Assembly (NCBI GenBank): GCA_040879765.1
Contig: JBBDJQ010000002.1
Span: forward strand, 5-64,004
Direction of reading: 5' to 3'
Length of the DNA stretch: 64,000 nt
Origin: Candidatus Pacearchaeota archaeon
GTDB taxonomy: Archaea; Nanobdellota; Nanobdellia; Pacearchaeales; GW2011-AR1
Positions 26,729 through 36,878 of this stretch are shown piece after piece. Under the pieces are notes generated by a model. It was not told the DNA's origin. It made no database searches and worked only from the letters and a program-made list of their open reading frames with translations. Position 1 is the first letter of the stretch; each line of letters begins with the position of its first letter. The translations under genes were made by a program, and so were the position numbers.

Positions 26729-29700
26729 ATGCAATCACATCATGTAAGAAAAAAAGTTGGGGAAATAACATTTGCTTTGCTTAATCCAGAGCAGATAAAG
26801 AAAATTTCATCAGCAAAAATAGTCACTCCGGAACTTTATGATATTGATGGATATCCTGTTGATGGTGGTTTGATGGATTTAAGACTTGGAGCCATAGACC
26901 CTGGAGTTAGATGTAGAACTTGTGGAGGAAGATTAAAAGAATGTTTAGGTCATCCTGGAAGAATTGAACTTGCAAGACCAATAATGCATTTGAAATATAT
27001 CCCTTTGATAGAGATGGGTTTGAGATCTTTCTGCAATGATTGTGGAAAATTAATGCTTGCTGATAAAGACTTAGAAAAATATGGTCCAAGTGAAAGAGTC
27101 AAAAAAGCCAAAGATTCTAAGAAATGCCCACATTGCAATGTTGCGAATGAAAAAATAAAATTGGACAAACCTACAACTTTCTACATTGGAAAGAAAAGGC
27201 TATTCCCAACAAAAATAAGGGAGCTTGTTTCTAATATTCCTGATGATGAATTAAGAAAAGCAGGAATTAATCCAGAAACTTGTAGACTAGAATGGGCTAT
27301 CTTAACTTTGCTTTTGGTTCCTTCAGTTACAATAAGGCCAAGCATTATTTTAGAATCTGGAGAAAGAAGTGAAGATGATTTAACACACAAGCTTTCAGAT
27401 ATCATAAGAGCCAATCAAAGGCTTTGGGAGAACTTAAACGCCGGAGCTCCAGAGGTTATTATAGAAGATCTTTGGGATTTATTACAATATCATGTCACAA
27501 CTTTCTTTGATAACACTGTTACAAGAATTCCTCCTGCAAGACACAGAAGCGGTCAACCTTTGAAAACAATTACAGAAAGAATAAAAGGTAAGGAGGGAAG
27601 AATAAGAAAGAATCTTGCTGGAAAGAGAGTTAATTATTCTGCAAGAACAGTTATTTCCCCAGACCCATCAATCAAGATTAATGAAGTTGGCGTCCCTTAT
27701 GAAATTGCGAAAATTGTAACCGTTGCTGAAACAGTGAATGATCTTAATATGGATAAATTAAAAGACATAATTAATCAGGGAGAAAATTATCCTGGAGCAA
27801 ACTATGTAATAAGACCTGATGGAAAGAGAAAAAAGATTTCTGAAGATTTGAAGGAAGAAATAATTGAAGAATTAGTTCCAGGCTATAAGGTTGAAAGACA
27901 TTTGCAGGATGGGGACATTGTTTTATTCAATCGTCATCCAAGTTTGCACAAAGGTTCTTTAATGGCCCACTATGTAAGAGTTTTACCTGGAAGAACTTTC
28001 AGATTACATTCAGCAGTCACATTTCCTTATAACGCAGATTTTGACGGAGACGAAATGAATATCCACTCCCCCCAAACAGAAGAAGCAAGAGCAGAAGCAA
28101 AAGTTTTACTTGATGTTAAAAATAATTTAATCTCTCCAAAGAACAATACAAACTTTTTAGGATTTGATGAAGATGCAATAACTGGAAATTACCTTCTTGG
28201 GAAGAGGGAATTTTCAAGAGAAGATGCAAACCAATTATTATACAAATCTGGAATAGATAAGGAAATTTCAAAGAAAATTATTTCTGGGAAGGAATTATTT
28301 TCTGAAATTATTCCAAAAATTAATTTTACAAATAAATCCTTAACAATAAAAGACGGAGAAATAAAATCAGGGAACATTGATAAAACAATCTTTGGTGAAG
28401 AAAATGGAGAGTTGATAAAAGAGCTTGACAGAGTTTTAGGAAGAGATGAAACTATAAATAAAATAGAAAAAGTATTCAACCTGGGAGTAAATTATCTTAG
28501 TGAATCTGGAATAACTGTTTCTATTCAGGATTTAAATCTTAATAGTAATGCCTTGAACGAAAGTGAAAACATAATTAAGAAAGCTGAAAAGAAGACTGAA
28601 GAAATTATAAAAACCTATGAAGAAGAAGATTTTGAAGTCATACCTGGAAAAACAAAGGACGAATCTAGGGAAACAAAAATTCTTCAAGTTTTGAATGAAG
28701 TTAGAACCAAGATTGGAGAGATGGTTAAGCAAGAATTCCATGAAGATAGTCCCGTAAATCACATGATTATTTCTGGAGGCGGGGGAAACATATTAAATAT
28801 TACACAGATTGCATGTTGTGTTGGTCAGCAGGCTCTTTGGGGTAAAAGAATTGAAATTGGATACAACAAAAGAACTCTTTCATTCTTCAAGAAAGGGGAA
28901 CTTTCGCCTGCGTCAAGAGGATTCATACATAGTTCATTCATAAAGGGTTTGAGACCTGATGAATTTTTCTTTGGGGCAATAACCGGAAGAGATTCACTTA
29001 TGGATACTGCTTTGAGAACTCCTAAATCTGGTTACCTTTATAGAAGATTGGCTAATGCAATCCAGGATTTAAGAAGAGAATATGATGGAACAATCAGAGA
29101 TAGTAATAACAATGTAATTCAATTCAAATATGGTTACGATGATTTAGATGTTTCTACATTGCATTTAAATAAAACTATGGATCCTGGAGAAGCCATAGGA
29201 ATTATTACAGCACAATCATTCGGAGAACCTTCAACACAGATGGCTCTTAACGTTTTCCACTTTGCTGGTGTTCAAGAAATGCAGATTACTGCAGGGTTGC
29301 CGAGATTAATTGAAATTTTTGATGCTAGAAGAAAACCTTCCTCGCCTAAGATGGAAATTTACTTGAACAAAGAATTCAACAATGAAAAAGATGCCAAGAT
29401 TCTTGCAGAAAAAATTAAGGAAGTGATGGTTAAAGAGATACTTTCCGAAATTAATATTGACTTTAATGATAAAAAGATTGAAATTAAAATAGATAAGAAA
29501 GCATTAAGGTCAGTACATATTTCAACTAAAAAAATTGTTGACACTCTTTCAGATAAAGGATTCAAGGCTAAAGAAAAAGGAGATTCTGTTGTTATAAGTT
29601 CTTCAGAAAGTACCTTCAAAGAACTTTATGCATTGAAAGAAAAAATTAAGGAGATTATAATTTCTGGAGTTAAAGGAATAAAACAAGTTATGGTTTTGAA

Positions 29701-30196
29701 GAAAGGAGGAGATTTTGTAATTATAACTCTTGGAACCAACTTAAAAAAAGTTCTTGAGATGAAAGAAGTCAATGGGAACAAAATTTTGTCCAATGATTTC
29801 CACGAAGTTGCAGAAGTCTTTGGGATTGAAGCTGCAAGGCAATTAATAATTGATGAAATTGAAAAAGTTCTTAACACACAGGGATTAGATATTAATAGAA
29901 GGCACATAGAGTTGGTTTCAGACGCCATAAGTAATACTGGAGAAATAAAAGGAATTACAAGAATGGGAATAATTTCTCAAAAGGCTTCTGTTTTAGCGAG
30001 GGCAACTTTTGAAACTCCAGTAAAGCAATTCGTTAACGCTTCGATAAAAGGAAGCAAGGACAATTTATCTAGCGTTATTGAAAACATAATCTTGAATCAA
30101 CCAGTTCCTGTAGGGACAGGACTACCTGGATTGGCAGTCAAGATAACTGGAGAGTTAGTTAAGAAAGGCGAAAAGAAAATTTCTTCTAAAAAATAA
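26729..30196 (+). CDS. rpoA: DNA-directed RNA polymerase subunit A, with A' and A'' fused in one 1155-aa ORF
   Basis: N-terminal Zn motifs, catalytic NADFDGDEMN, bridge helix, then the trigger loop (ITAQSFGEPSTQMALNVFHFAGV), which is normally in A'', continues in the same frame. Confidence 0.85.
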   Translation: MQSHHVRKKVGEITFALLNPEQIKKISSAKIVTPELYDIDGYPVDGGLMDLRLGAIDPGVRCRTCGGRLKECLGHPGRIELARPIMHLKYIPLIEMGLRSFCNDCGKLMLADKDLEKYGPSERVKKAKDSKKCPHCNVANEKIKLDKPTTFYIGKKRLFPTKIRELVSNIPDDELRKAGINPETCRLEWAILTLLLVPSVTIRPSIILESGERSEDDLTHKLSDIIRANQRLWENLNAGAPEVIIEDLWDLLQYHVTTFFDNTVTRIPPARHRSGQPLKTITERIKGKEGRIRKNLAGKRVNYSARTVISPDPSIKINEVGVPYEIAKIVTVAETVNDLNMDKLKDIINQGENYPGANYVIRPDGKRKKISEDLKEEIIEELVPGYKVERHLQDGDIVLFNRHPSLHKGSLMAHYVRVLPGRTFRLHSAVTFPYNADFDGDEMNIHSPQTEEARAEAKVLLDVKNNLISPKNNTNFLGFDEDAITGNYLLGKREFSREDANQLLYKSGIDKEISKKIISGKELFSEIIPKINFTNKSLTIKDGEIKSGNIDKTIFGEENGELIKELDRVLGRDETINKIEKVFNLGVNYLSESGITVSIQDLNLNSNALNESENIIKKAEKKTEEIIKTYEEEDFEVIPGKTKDESRETKILQVLNEVRTKIGEMVKQEFHEDSPVNHMIISGGGGNILNITQIACCVGQQALWGKRIEIGYNKRTLSFFKKGELSPASRGFIHSSFIKGLRPDEFFFGAITGRDSLMDTALRTPKSGYLYRRLANAIQDLRREYDGTIRDSNNNVIQFKYGYDDLDVSTLHLNKTMDPGEAIGIITAQSFGEPSTQMALNVFHFAGVQEMQITAGLPRLIEIFDARRKPSSPKMEIYLNKEFNNEKDAKILAEKIKEVMVKEILSEINIDFNDKKIEIKIDKKALRSVHISTKKIVDTLSDKGFKAKEKGDSVVISSSESTFKELYALKEKIKEIIISGVKGIKQVMVLKKGGDFVIITLGTNLKKVLEMKEVNGNKILSNDFHEVAEVFGIEAARQLIIDEIEKVLNTQGLDINRRHIELVSDAISNTGEIKGITRMGIISQKASVLARATFETPVKQFVNASIKGSKDNLSSVIENIILNQPVPVGTGLPGLAVKITGELVKKGEKKISSKK

Positions 30197-30241
30197 AACA
30201 ACAGAAAATTTATAAACACGTTCTTATACGAATATTAAAAG

Positions 30242-30667
30242 ATGGTAAAAGTTATTGATATGCAAGAGATGAGATATCTTAATCTTTTTGGAAAGGTTAC
30301 CCAAGTAAGCACAAGATTCTGTTTCAAATATAATGGAGCAATAATTTTTTGTGTTCCTAAGAAAGCAGTTTCTAAAGCAATTGGAGAAAATGGAAAAAAT
30401 ATAAAAAGGATAAGCGAAATAATTGGAAAGAGAGTCAAGGTTATTCCCATTCCTGTTGAGGAAGAAGAGGTAGAAAAAACTAAAAAATTAATAGAAGATA
30501 TTGTTTCTCCAGTTAAATTCAAAGATTTAGGTTTTAATGAGGATGAAATAATTCTAACTGCTGGTAGCCAAAACAAAGCAGTTTTAATCGGAAGAAACAA
30601 ACAAAGGCTTCACGAGCTGCAAAAAATTTCACAGGATTATTTTGGAAAGCAATTAAGGATTGTTTAA
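30242..30667 (+). CDS. nusA: archaeal NusA-like transcription termination factor (two KH domains)
   Basis: 141 aa with two KH-like GxxG segments. Position after rpoA matches the conserved archaeal operon. Confidence 0.7.
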   Translation: MVKVIDMQEMRYLNLFGKVTQVSTRFCFKYNGAIIFCVPKKAVSKAIGENGKNIKRISEIIGKRVKVIPIPVEEEEVEKTKKLIEDIVSPVKFKDLGFNEDEIILTAGSQNKAVLIGRNKQRLHELQKISQDYFGKQLRIV

Positions 30668-30767
30668 ATAAGCTTTATGAATTTCTTTCCGTATGGAAAG
30701 ATAACAAAAGATATAAAAAAGGAAATTTCGTGTGAAATTTAAATAATTGGTTGAAAGGAGGTTTATA

Positions 30768-31499
30768 ATGAGCGATAATACAATAACAATAAAGAAAGAC
30801 GATTTATGGAAATATTCTACTTTTGCATTAATAGCAATTGTTCTTATAGCAAGTATTTTTGTTTTCACAGGAAACACAACTGGCAACACAGTTCAAGAGC
30901 CCTCAAATCAACAGCCTGGAAAAGTGAGCGCAAGTGTTGATGATGACCCCGTTCTTGGAGATCCAAATGCCCCTATAACAATTATAGAGTTTAGTGATTA
31001 TCAATGTCCATTCTGTGGAAAATTTTGGTCTGATACTTTGCCATCTATAAAATCGGAATATATTGATACTGGAAAAGTTAATTTGGTCTATAGAGATTTT
31101 CCTTTAATAAGCATACATCCATTAGCTCAAGTTGCTGGTGAAGCTGTTGAGTGTGTGAGGGATGCTGCTGGAGGAAGTGATGAAGTTTACTTCAAATACC
31201 ATGATAAAATTTTCTCAAGTCAAAGTTCCCTGAGTACTGCAAATCTAAATATATGGGCCCAAGACATGGGTTATGACATTTCAGATTGTTTAAATTCTGG
31301 AAAATTTACAAGTGAAGTTGTGAAAGATACTGCAGATGCACAAGCAGCTGGAGGTAGAGGAACTCCATTCTTTGTAATTGGAGATTCTGCAATAAGTGGA
31401 GCATGTCCATTTAGTACATTTAGTCAGGCTTTAGAGGCAGAAGCAGCTGGAGAGAATTGGTATCAAGCACCAAATACTTGTCAGATATTAGTTAATTAA
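30768..31499 (+). CDS. membrane-anchored DsbA-like thioredoxin-fold thiol:disulfide oxidoreductase
   Basis: N-terminal TM helix, CPFC active site. AGGAGG precedes the Met at 30768. Confidence 0.65.
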   Translation: MSDNTITIKKDDLWKYSTFALIAIVLIASIFVFTGNTTGNTVQEPSNQQPGKVSASVDDDPVLGDPNAPITIIEFSDYQCPFCGKFWSDTLPSIKSEYIDTGKVNLVYRDFPLISIHPLAQVAGEAVECVRDAAGGSDEVYFKYHDKIFSSQSSLSTANLNIWAQDMGYDISDCLNSGKFTSEVVKDTADAQAAGGRGTPFFVIGDSAISGACPFSTFSQALEAEAAGENWYQAPNTCQILVN

Positions 31500-31507
31500 T
31501 TTATTTT

Positions 31508-32242
31508 TTAGTTATACTTTTCAAAGAAGATTCTTTCTTCTTTGATACTTTTTTCTTTTAATTTTTTAGAAACAGATTTAATCATTTCTTCTAAACCGCA
31601 AAGGTAAAAATCTCCTGAAAAATTTCTTGGGGAAATTTTAAATATAAAATTTTGAACTCTCCCTTTTCTTTCAAAGTTTTTTGATTTTGGTCTGCTAAAA
31701 ATATTAAAAAATTCAAAATTTTTAAATTTTTTACTTAAGGCTAAAAATTCCCTATCATAAAGATTTCTTCCTTCATTTCTAAATCCTTTGATTAAAATTA
31801 TTTTATTTTTAAAATTTTGATTAATTAATAAATCTGGAATCATGCTCTTGAAAGCAGAGATTCCAGTTCCTGTTGAAATAAAAATTAAATCTTTTTTCTT
31901 TGATTTTTCATCTACTATAAATTTTCCAGCAGGACCAAATAATTCTATTTTGTCTCCTTTTTTTAATTTCTTAAGAAAACTTGAACCTTCTCCTCCTTGA
32001 ACTAATTTTATGCAAAAGGACCCAAGATTCTCTCCAGGAATGGAAGAAATAGAATAAGGTTTCCTTATTTTTTTTCCATTTATTATCATACTTAGAGAGA
32101 GATATTGTCCCGCCTTAAACTTAAAATCTTTAGGTAAGGAGAACCTAAGTTCTATAACAGTTTTGTTTAACTTTTTTACCCCTAAAAGTTTTGATTCAAA
32201 TATTTTTATCAGCATTTTGTAGATTATATCCTTTTTCTTCAA
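31508..32242 (-). CDS. FNR-like FAD/NAD(P)-binding oxidoreductase, last gene of the suf operon
   Basis: RKPYSIS (RxYS FAD motif), GTGISAF (NAD motif). Confidence 0.55.
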   Translation of the reverse strand: MKKKDIIYKMLIKIFESKLLGVKKLNKTVIELRFSLPKDFKFKAGQYLSLSMIINGKKIRKPYSISSIPGENLGSFCIKLVQGGEGSSFLKKLKKGDKIELFGPAGKFIVDEKSKKKDLIFISTGTGISAFKSMIPDLLINQNFKNKIILIKGFRNEGRNLYDREFLALSKKFKNFEFFNIFSRPKSKNFERKGRVQNFIFKISPRNFSGDFYLCGLEEMIKSVSKKLKEKSIKEERIFFEKYN

Positions 32243-32933
32243 TTTCTTCGATTAATTTTTTATCTCCCGATCTTACAATCTTTCCATCTTCCATTAAGAA
32301 AATTTTTTCAGGTTCTAGATAATCAAGTATTTTCTTGTAATGGGTTATTATTAATATAGTTTTCCCTTCTTGCTTGAGTTTGTTTAAAATGCTTGAAACT
32401 TTCTTCAAAGAATCTATATCTAATCCAGAATCTATTTCATCTAAGATAACTACGCTTGGATTTAATACAAGCATTTGAAGAATCTCTAATTTCTTTTTTT
32501 CTCCTCCTGAAAAATTTTCATTTACGTTTCTTCTCAAAAATTCTTGGCCTAATCCTATTTCATTTAAATTTGATTCAAGTAAATTTTGAAATTCTAAAAA
32601 AGATAGCTTTTGTTTATTTGTTGAATTATATGCCATTTTGAGAAAATTAGAAATTCCTACTCCCGGAATTTCAGTAGGATTTTGCTGAGAAACAAAAATT
32701 CCTTTTTTTGATCTTTCATCAATGCTCATGAGATTTATCTTTTTTCCAAAGACTAAAATTTCCCCAGACTCTATTTCATATTTTGGATTTCCCATAATGG
32801 CTTGAGCAAAGGTTGATTTACCAGAACCATTTTTCCCCATAAGAGCATAAATTCCTTTTCCAAGATTCAAATTTATTCCTTGGAGAATTGTCTTTCCTTT
32901 TGAAGAAACTTTTAGATTTTTTATTTCAATCAT
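32196..32933 (-). CDS. sufC: Fe-S cluster assembly ATPase SufC
   Basis: Walker A GKNGSGKST, ABC signature. Start trimmed to the Met following the sufU stop. Confidence 0.8.
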   Translation of the reverse strand: MIEIKNLKVSSKGKTILQGINLNLGKGIYALMGKNGSGKSTFAQAIMGNPKYEIESGEILVFGKKINLMSIDERSKKGIFVSQQNPTEIPGVGISNFLKMAYNSTNKQKLSFLEFQNLLESNLNEIGLGQEFLRRNVNENFSGGEKKKLEILQMLVLNPSVVILDEIDSGLDIDSLKKVSSILNKLKQEGKTILIITHYKKILDYLEPEKIFLMEDGKIVRSGDKKLIEEIEEKGYNLQNADKNI

Positions 32934-33307
32934 TTTACAGAATTTCTTAAAGCCTCTAGAGAGAGGAGCATGCATTTGAGTCTGCCAGGATTTACTTTGA
33001 CTTTCAAAATCTCAAACATGTCTTCTTTATTTAATTTTTTTAAATCTTCAATGTTCATTCCTTTAATTTTTTCCATGAGGAGGGATGCTGAAACTATTGA
33101 AATCACACATCCACTTCCAGAAAACTTTGCTTCTTCCACCATATTTTTTGAAACTTTGATTTGCACTTTTATTTCATCTCCACAAATTGAATTATAAGAT
33201 TTATGCTGATTTGTAAAATCTTTTAGTTCCCCAAAACCCGAAGGATTTCTATATAAATCTAAGATATGTTCTCTATAAATCTCTGGGAAATCATTGTGGT
33301 CTTTCAT
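32930..33307 (-). CDS. sufU: SufU/IscU-like (NifU N-terminal domain) sulfur-transfer protein
   Basis: Three conserved Cys (CGDEIKV, GSGCVIS). 125 aa. Confidence 0.7.
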   Translation of the reverse strand: MKDHNDFPEIYREHILDLYRNPSGFGELKDFTNQHKSYNSICGDEIKVQIKVSKNMVEEAKFSGSGCVISIVSASLLMEKIKGMNIEDLKKLNKEDMFEILKVKVNPGRLKCMLLSLEALRNSVK

Positions 33308-34536
33308 TTTTTATTAAAAATCTTATTTATTTTATTTAAAACATTCACTAATTTATCAATATCTTCCAGAGTTGTATAAACTGAAAAACTAATCCTCACA
33401 GTTCCTCCAGAATTCATGTTTAATGATCTCATAAGAGGCATGGCGCAATGATGTCCTGCTCTAACTGCGATACCTTCCCTATTTAGAAGTTCTGAAATAT
33501 CATGGGGATGAATTCCATTTAGATTAAAAGAGACTATTCCTGAGCTAAGATTAGAATCTGGGGCATAAATCTTTACTCCTTGAATTTTCCTCAATTTTTT
33601 AATAGAATATTTTGCTAATTTGTTTTCCCATTCTAAGACATTTTTCATACCAATTTTATTGAGATAATTGACTGCTTCAGATAGTCCTATTGCGCCAGCA
33701 ATATTTTGGGTTCCAGCTTCAAACCTTTCAGGTGCATCTTGGAAAAGAGATTTTTCTAAAAAGACATTTTTAATCATTCCCCCTCCAAAATTAAAAGGAG
33801 GGAGTTTTTCAAGTAAATTTTGTTTCCCATACAAAACCCCAATCCCATTGGGACCGAGCATTTTATGACTTGAGAATACTGCAAAATCACAACCTATTTT
33901 CTTAAAATCAACAGGAATATGTGGGACACTTTGTGCTGCATCAATCATTGTAATTGCTTTGTATTTTTTTCCCAACTTAACTAATTTATTTACTGGATTA
34001 ATGGTTCCAAGAACATTTGATATGTGAGTAAAAGCAAAAATTGCAGTTTTTGAATTTATTTTTCTTTTTGCATCTTCTAAGTCTAATATTAAATTAGATT
34101 TTACCTTAACAAATTTTAATTTCATCTTTTCTCTTTTGGCTAATTCCTGCCAAGGAACCAAGTTGCTATGGTGTTCCATTTCCGTTAAAAGGATTTCATT
34201 TTTTCCTCTAGGAATTATTTCTTTTAATGTATAAGACAATAGATTAATAGATTCTGTTGCATTTTTTGTAAAAACAATTTCTTTTTCTTTTACGTTTATG
34301 AAATCTGCTACATTTTTTCTAGCTTTTTCATATTTTTCCATTGCCTTTTCTGCCAAAGTATACAATCCTCTAGAAACATTGGCATTCTCTTTTTCTATAA
34401 ACTCATTAAACACTTTTATGACTTGTTTTGGTTTTTGTGAAGTTGCAGAGCTATCTAAATAAACCAGTTTGGGATTATTTTTAAAAACAGGAAAATCTTT
34501 TCGCAGTTTCTTTGCTATTTTATTGTCCATTTTCAT
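33304..34536 (-). CDS. sufS: cysteine desulfurase SufS (class V aminotransferase)
   Basis: PLP lysine FSSHKMLGP, catalytic Cys in RAGHHCA. Confidence 0.85.
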   Translation of the reverse strand: MKMDNKIAKKLRKDFPVFKNNPKLVYLDSSATSQKPKQVIKVFNEFIEKENANVSRGLYTLAEKAMEKYEKARKNVADFINVKEKEIVFTKNATESINLLSYTLKEIIPRGKNEILLTEMEHHSNLVPWQELAKREKMKLKFVKVKSNLILDLEDAKRKINSKTAIFAFTHISNVLGTINPVNKLVKLGKKYKAITMIDAAQSVPHIPVDFKKIGCDFAVFSSHKMLGPNGIGVLYGKQNLLEKLPPFNFGGGMIKNVFLEKSLFQDAPERFEAGTQNIAGAIGLSEAVNYLNKIGMKNVLEWENKLAKYSIKKLRKIQGVKIYAPDSNLSSGIVSFNLNGIHPHDISELLNREGIAVRAGHHCAMPLMRSLNMNSGGTVRISFSVYTTLEDIDKLVNVLNKINKIFNKK

Positions 34537-35936
34537 ACTACTGAATTTTCTATTTCTAATTCTATCAATCTATTTAATTCAACTGCATATTCCAAAGGTA
34601 ATTCTTTCACTATTGGATTTATGAAGCCAGAAACAATTAATTTTATTGATTCTTTTTCGCTCAATCCGCGAGACATGAGATAGAAGAGTTGTTCTTCTTG
34701 AATTTTTCCAACAGCGGCTTCATGAGAAACTTCTACTTCACTTTCTTCAATTTCCATGCTCGGAATTGTAAATGCTTTGCTTTTATTATCAATCATCAAT
34801 CCATCGCACCTAACATTTGATTTTGCATTTTTACAACCCCTTTTTATATTTACCAAACCCCTATAAGAACTTATTCCTCCCGAGACTGAGATTCCTTTAC
34901 TTATGACATGGGAAGAAGTGTTTTCAGCAAGATGGTAAACCTTACAACCGGTATCTTGATATTGTCCTTCGGAAGCATATGCTATCCCTAAGTAATCTGT
35001 TTTGGAATTTTTCCCAATTAAAATAGAGCAAGGATAGAGCATCGTAATTTTTGATCCAAGATTTCCATTTACCCATTCTATTATTCCATTTTCATGAACC
35101 ACTGCACGTTTTGTGTTTAAGTTGTAAGTATTTTTGCTCCAATTTTCAATACTTGAATATCTCACTTTGGCATTTTTTAAGACATGGATTTCTACACAGC
35201 CGGCATGCATGCTTATTTCAGAGTAAAGTGGAGCTGAGCATCCCTCAATATAGTGAATTTCTGAACCCTCATCTGCGATTATTAATGTGTGTTCAAATTG
35301 TCCTCCTTGTTTTGCATTCATTCTAAAATAGGCTTGTAATGGTAAATCTACTTTGACATTTTTTGGAACATAAATGAAAGTTCCGCCAGACCAAACTGCA
35401 GCATGCAAGGCAGAAAATTTATGAAGAGCAGGAGTTACACAATTTGTCATAAAATATTTCTTTACTAATTTAGGATGTTCTTTCAAAGCTATATCCATAT
35501 CTAGAAAGATTACTCCTTTTTTCTCTAAGTCTTTTCTTAAATTATGATAGACAACCTCTGATTCATATTGCGCGCCAACCCCTGCAAGAGATTCTCTTTC
35601 GGCTTTTGGGATTCCTAGCTTTTCATATGTTTCTCTAATTTCTTTTGGAACTTCTTTCCACGATTTAGAATTCTTTTCCGCATTTGGTTTTATATAAAAA
35701 GAAATTTCATTCAAATCTAATCCTTCAAGACTTGGACCCCAGTTTGGCATTGGTTTTTTTTCAAATATTTTCAAAGCCTTCAGTCTTTTATTGAGCATCC
35801 ATTCTGATTCGTTTTTATCTTTAGAAATTCCTCTAATTATGGATTCATTCAATCCGGGAATAGATCTGAATTTTAAATCTTCAGGGTTTTTATGATTAAA
35901 GGTTTCCTTATTTAGTTCTACTTTTTGTTCTTGCAT
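34533..35936 (-). CDS. sufB: Fe-S cluster assembly protein SufB/SufD family
   Basis: 467 aa with the typical SufB C-terminal beta-helix region. Confidence 0.8.
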   Translation of the reverse strand: MQEQKVELNKETFNHKNPEDLKFRSIPGLNESIIRGISKDKNESEWMLNKRLKALKIFEKKPMPNWGPSLEGLDLNEISFYIKPNAEKNSKSWKEVPKEIRETYEKLGIPKAERESLAGVGAQYESEVVYHNLRKDLEKKGVIFLDMDIALKEHPKLVKKYFMTNCVTPALHKFSALHAAVWSGGTFIYVPKNVKVDLPLQAYFRMNAKQGGQFEHTLIIADEGSEIHYIEGCSAPLYSEISMHAGCVEIHVLKNAKVRYSSIENWSKNTYNLNTKRAVVHENGIIEWVNGNLGSKITMLYPCSILIGKNSKTDYLGIAYASEGQYQDTGCKVYHLAENTSSHVISKGISVSGGISSYRGLVNIKRGCKNAKSNVRCDGLMIDNKSKAFTIPSMEIEESEVEVSHEAAVGKIQEEQLFYLMSRGLSEKESIKLIVSGFINPIVKELPLEYAVELNRLIELEIENSVV

Positions 35937-36051
35937 AAGAAAATTAGAAAGATTAAGGTTTTAAAATTAACTATTGTTAAGTTTTTTAAAGGTTTTTGCT
36001 TCAAGAAAACTCTTAAATATGTCTTATTCGTTTTTCATTAAAAGGTGTTAA

Positions 36052-36870
36052 ATGAAAATATTTATTGATTCGGCAGATTTAGATGAAATAAAGGAAGCAA
36101 AAGATTTAGGTTTGCTTGATGGTGTGACAACAAACCCCAGCTTAATAAAAAAAGCATTTGAAAAAAGAAAGGAAAAAGGTTTTGAAATTGAAGACTATAT
36201 TTGCGAGATTCTCAAAGTTTGTAAAGGAAAACCTGTAAGTTTAGAAGTTGTAGGAAAAACCTATGATGAAATGATTTCTGAAGGGAGAAATTTATTTAAA
36301 AAATTCAATAAAATTTCAAAAAATGTTTATGTTAAAATTCCTGTGAATCCTTGTTTAGAAGATAAATGCTCTAGGAGTTCTGATGGAATAAAAGCAATTA
36401 AAGAATTATCAAAAAATAAAATCCCTGTAAATTGTACATTGGTTTTCACTCCAGAGCAAGCCCTTTTAGCTGCGAAAGCAGGAGCAAAAATAGTTAGTCC
36501 ATTTACTGGCAGAGAAGATGATTATCTTAGAGAGGTCAATAGGATAAAGTTTGAAAAAGAAGATTATTTTCCAAAAAAAGGATTTAAGAATAAAAATAAA
36601 ATTTTAGAAGATAATGGAATTGTTTCTGGTGTGCATTTAGTTGAAGAGTGTGTTAAGATTCTAAAGGCTTCAAAATTAAAAACAGAAGTTCTTGCAGCAA
36701 GTATAAGAAATCTGAAACAATTTCGGGAAGTTGGCATGGCTGGTGCAGATATAGCAACCATCCCAATCATAATTATAAGAAGTTTATTAATTCATGAAAA
36801 AACTTCTGAAGGGATGAGAAATTTTACAAAAGATGTTATTCCAGAATATAAAAAGGTGGTAAAAAAATAA
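36052..36870 (+). CDS. tal: transaldolase / fructose-6-phosphate aldolase family
   Basis: MKIFIDSADLDEIKEA...GVTTNPSLI. Confidence 0.75.
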   Translation: MKIFIDSADLDEIKEAKDLGLLDGVTTNPSLIKKAFEKRKEKGFEIEDYICEILKVCKGKPVSLEVVGKTYDEMISEGRNLFKKFNKISKNVYVKIPVNPCLEDKCSRSSDGIKAIKELSKNKIPVNCTLVFTPEQALLAAKAGAKIVSPFTGREDDYLREVNRIKFEKEDYFPKKGFKNKNKILEDNGIVSGVHLVEECVKILKASKLKTEVLAASIRNLKQFREVGMAGADIATIPIIIIRSLLIHEKTSEGMRNFTKDVIPEYKKVVKK

Positions 36871-36878
36871 TAGTAAAA

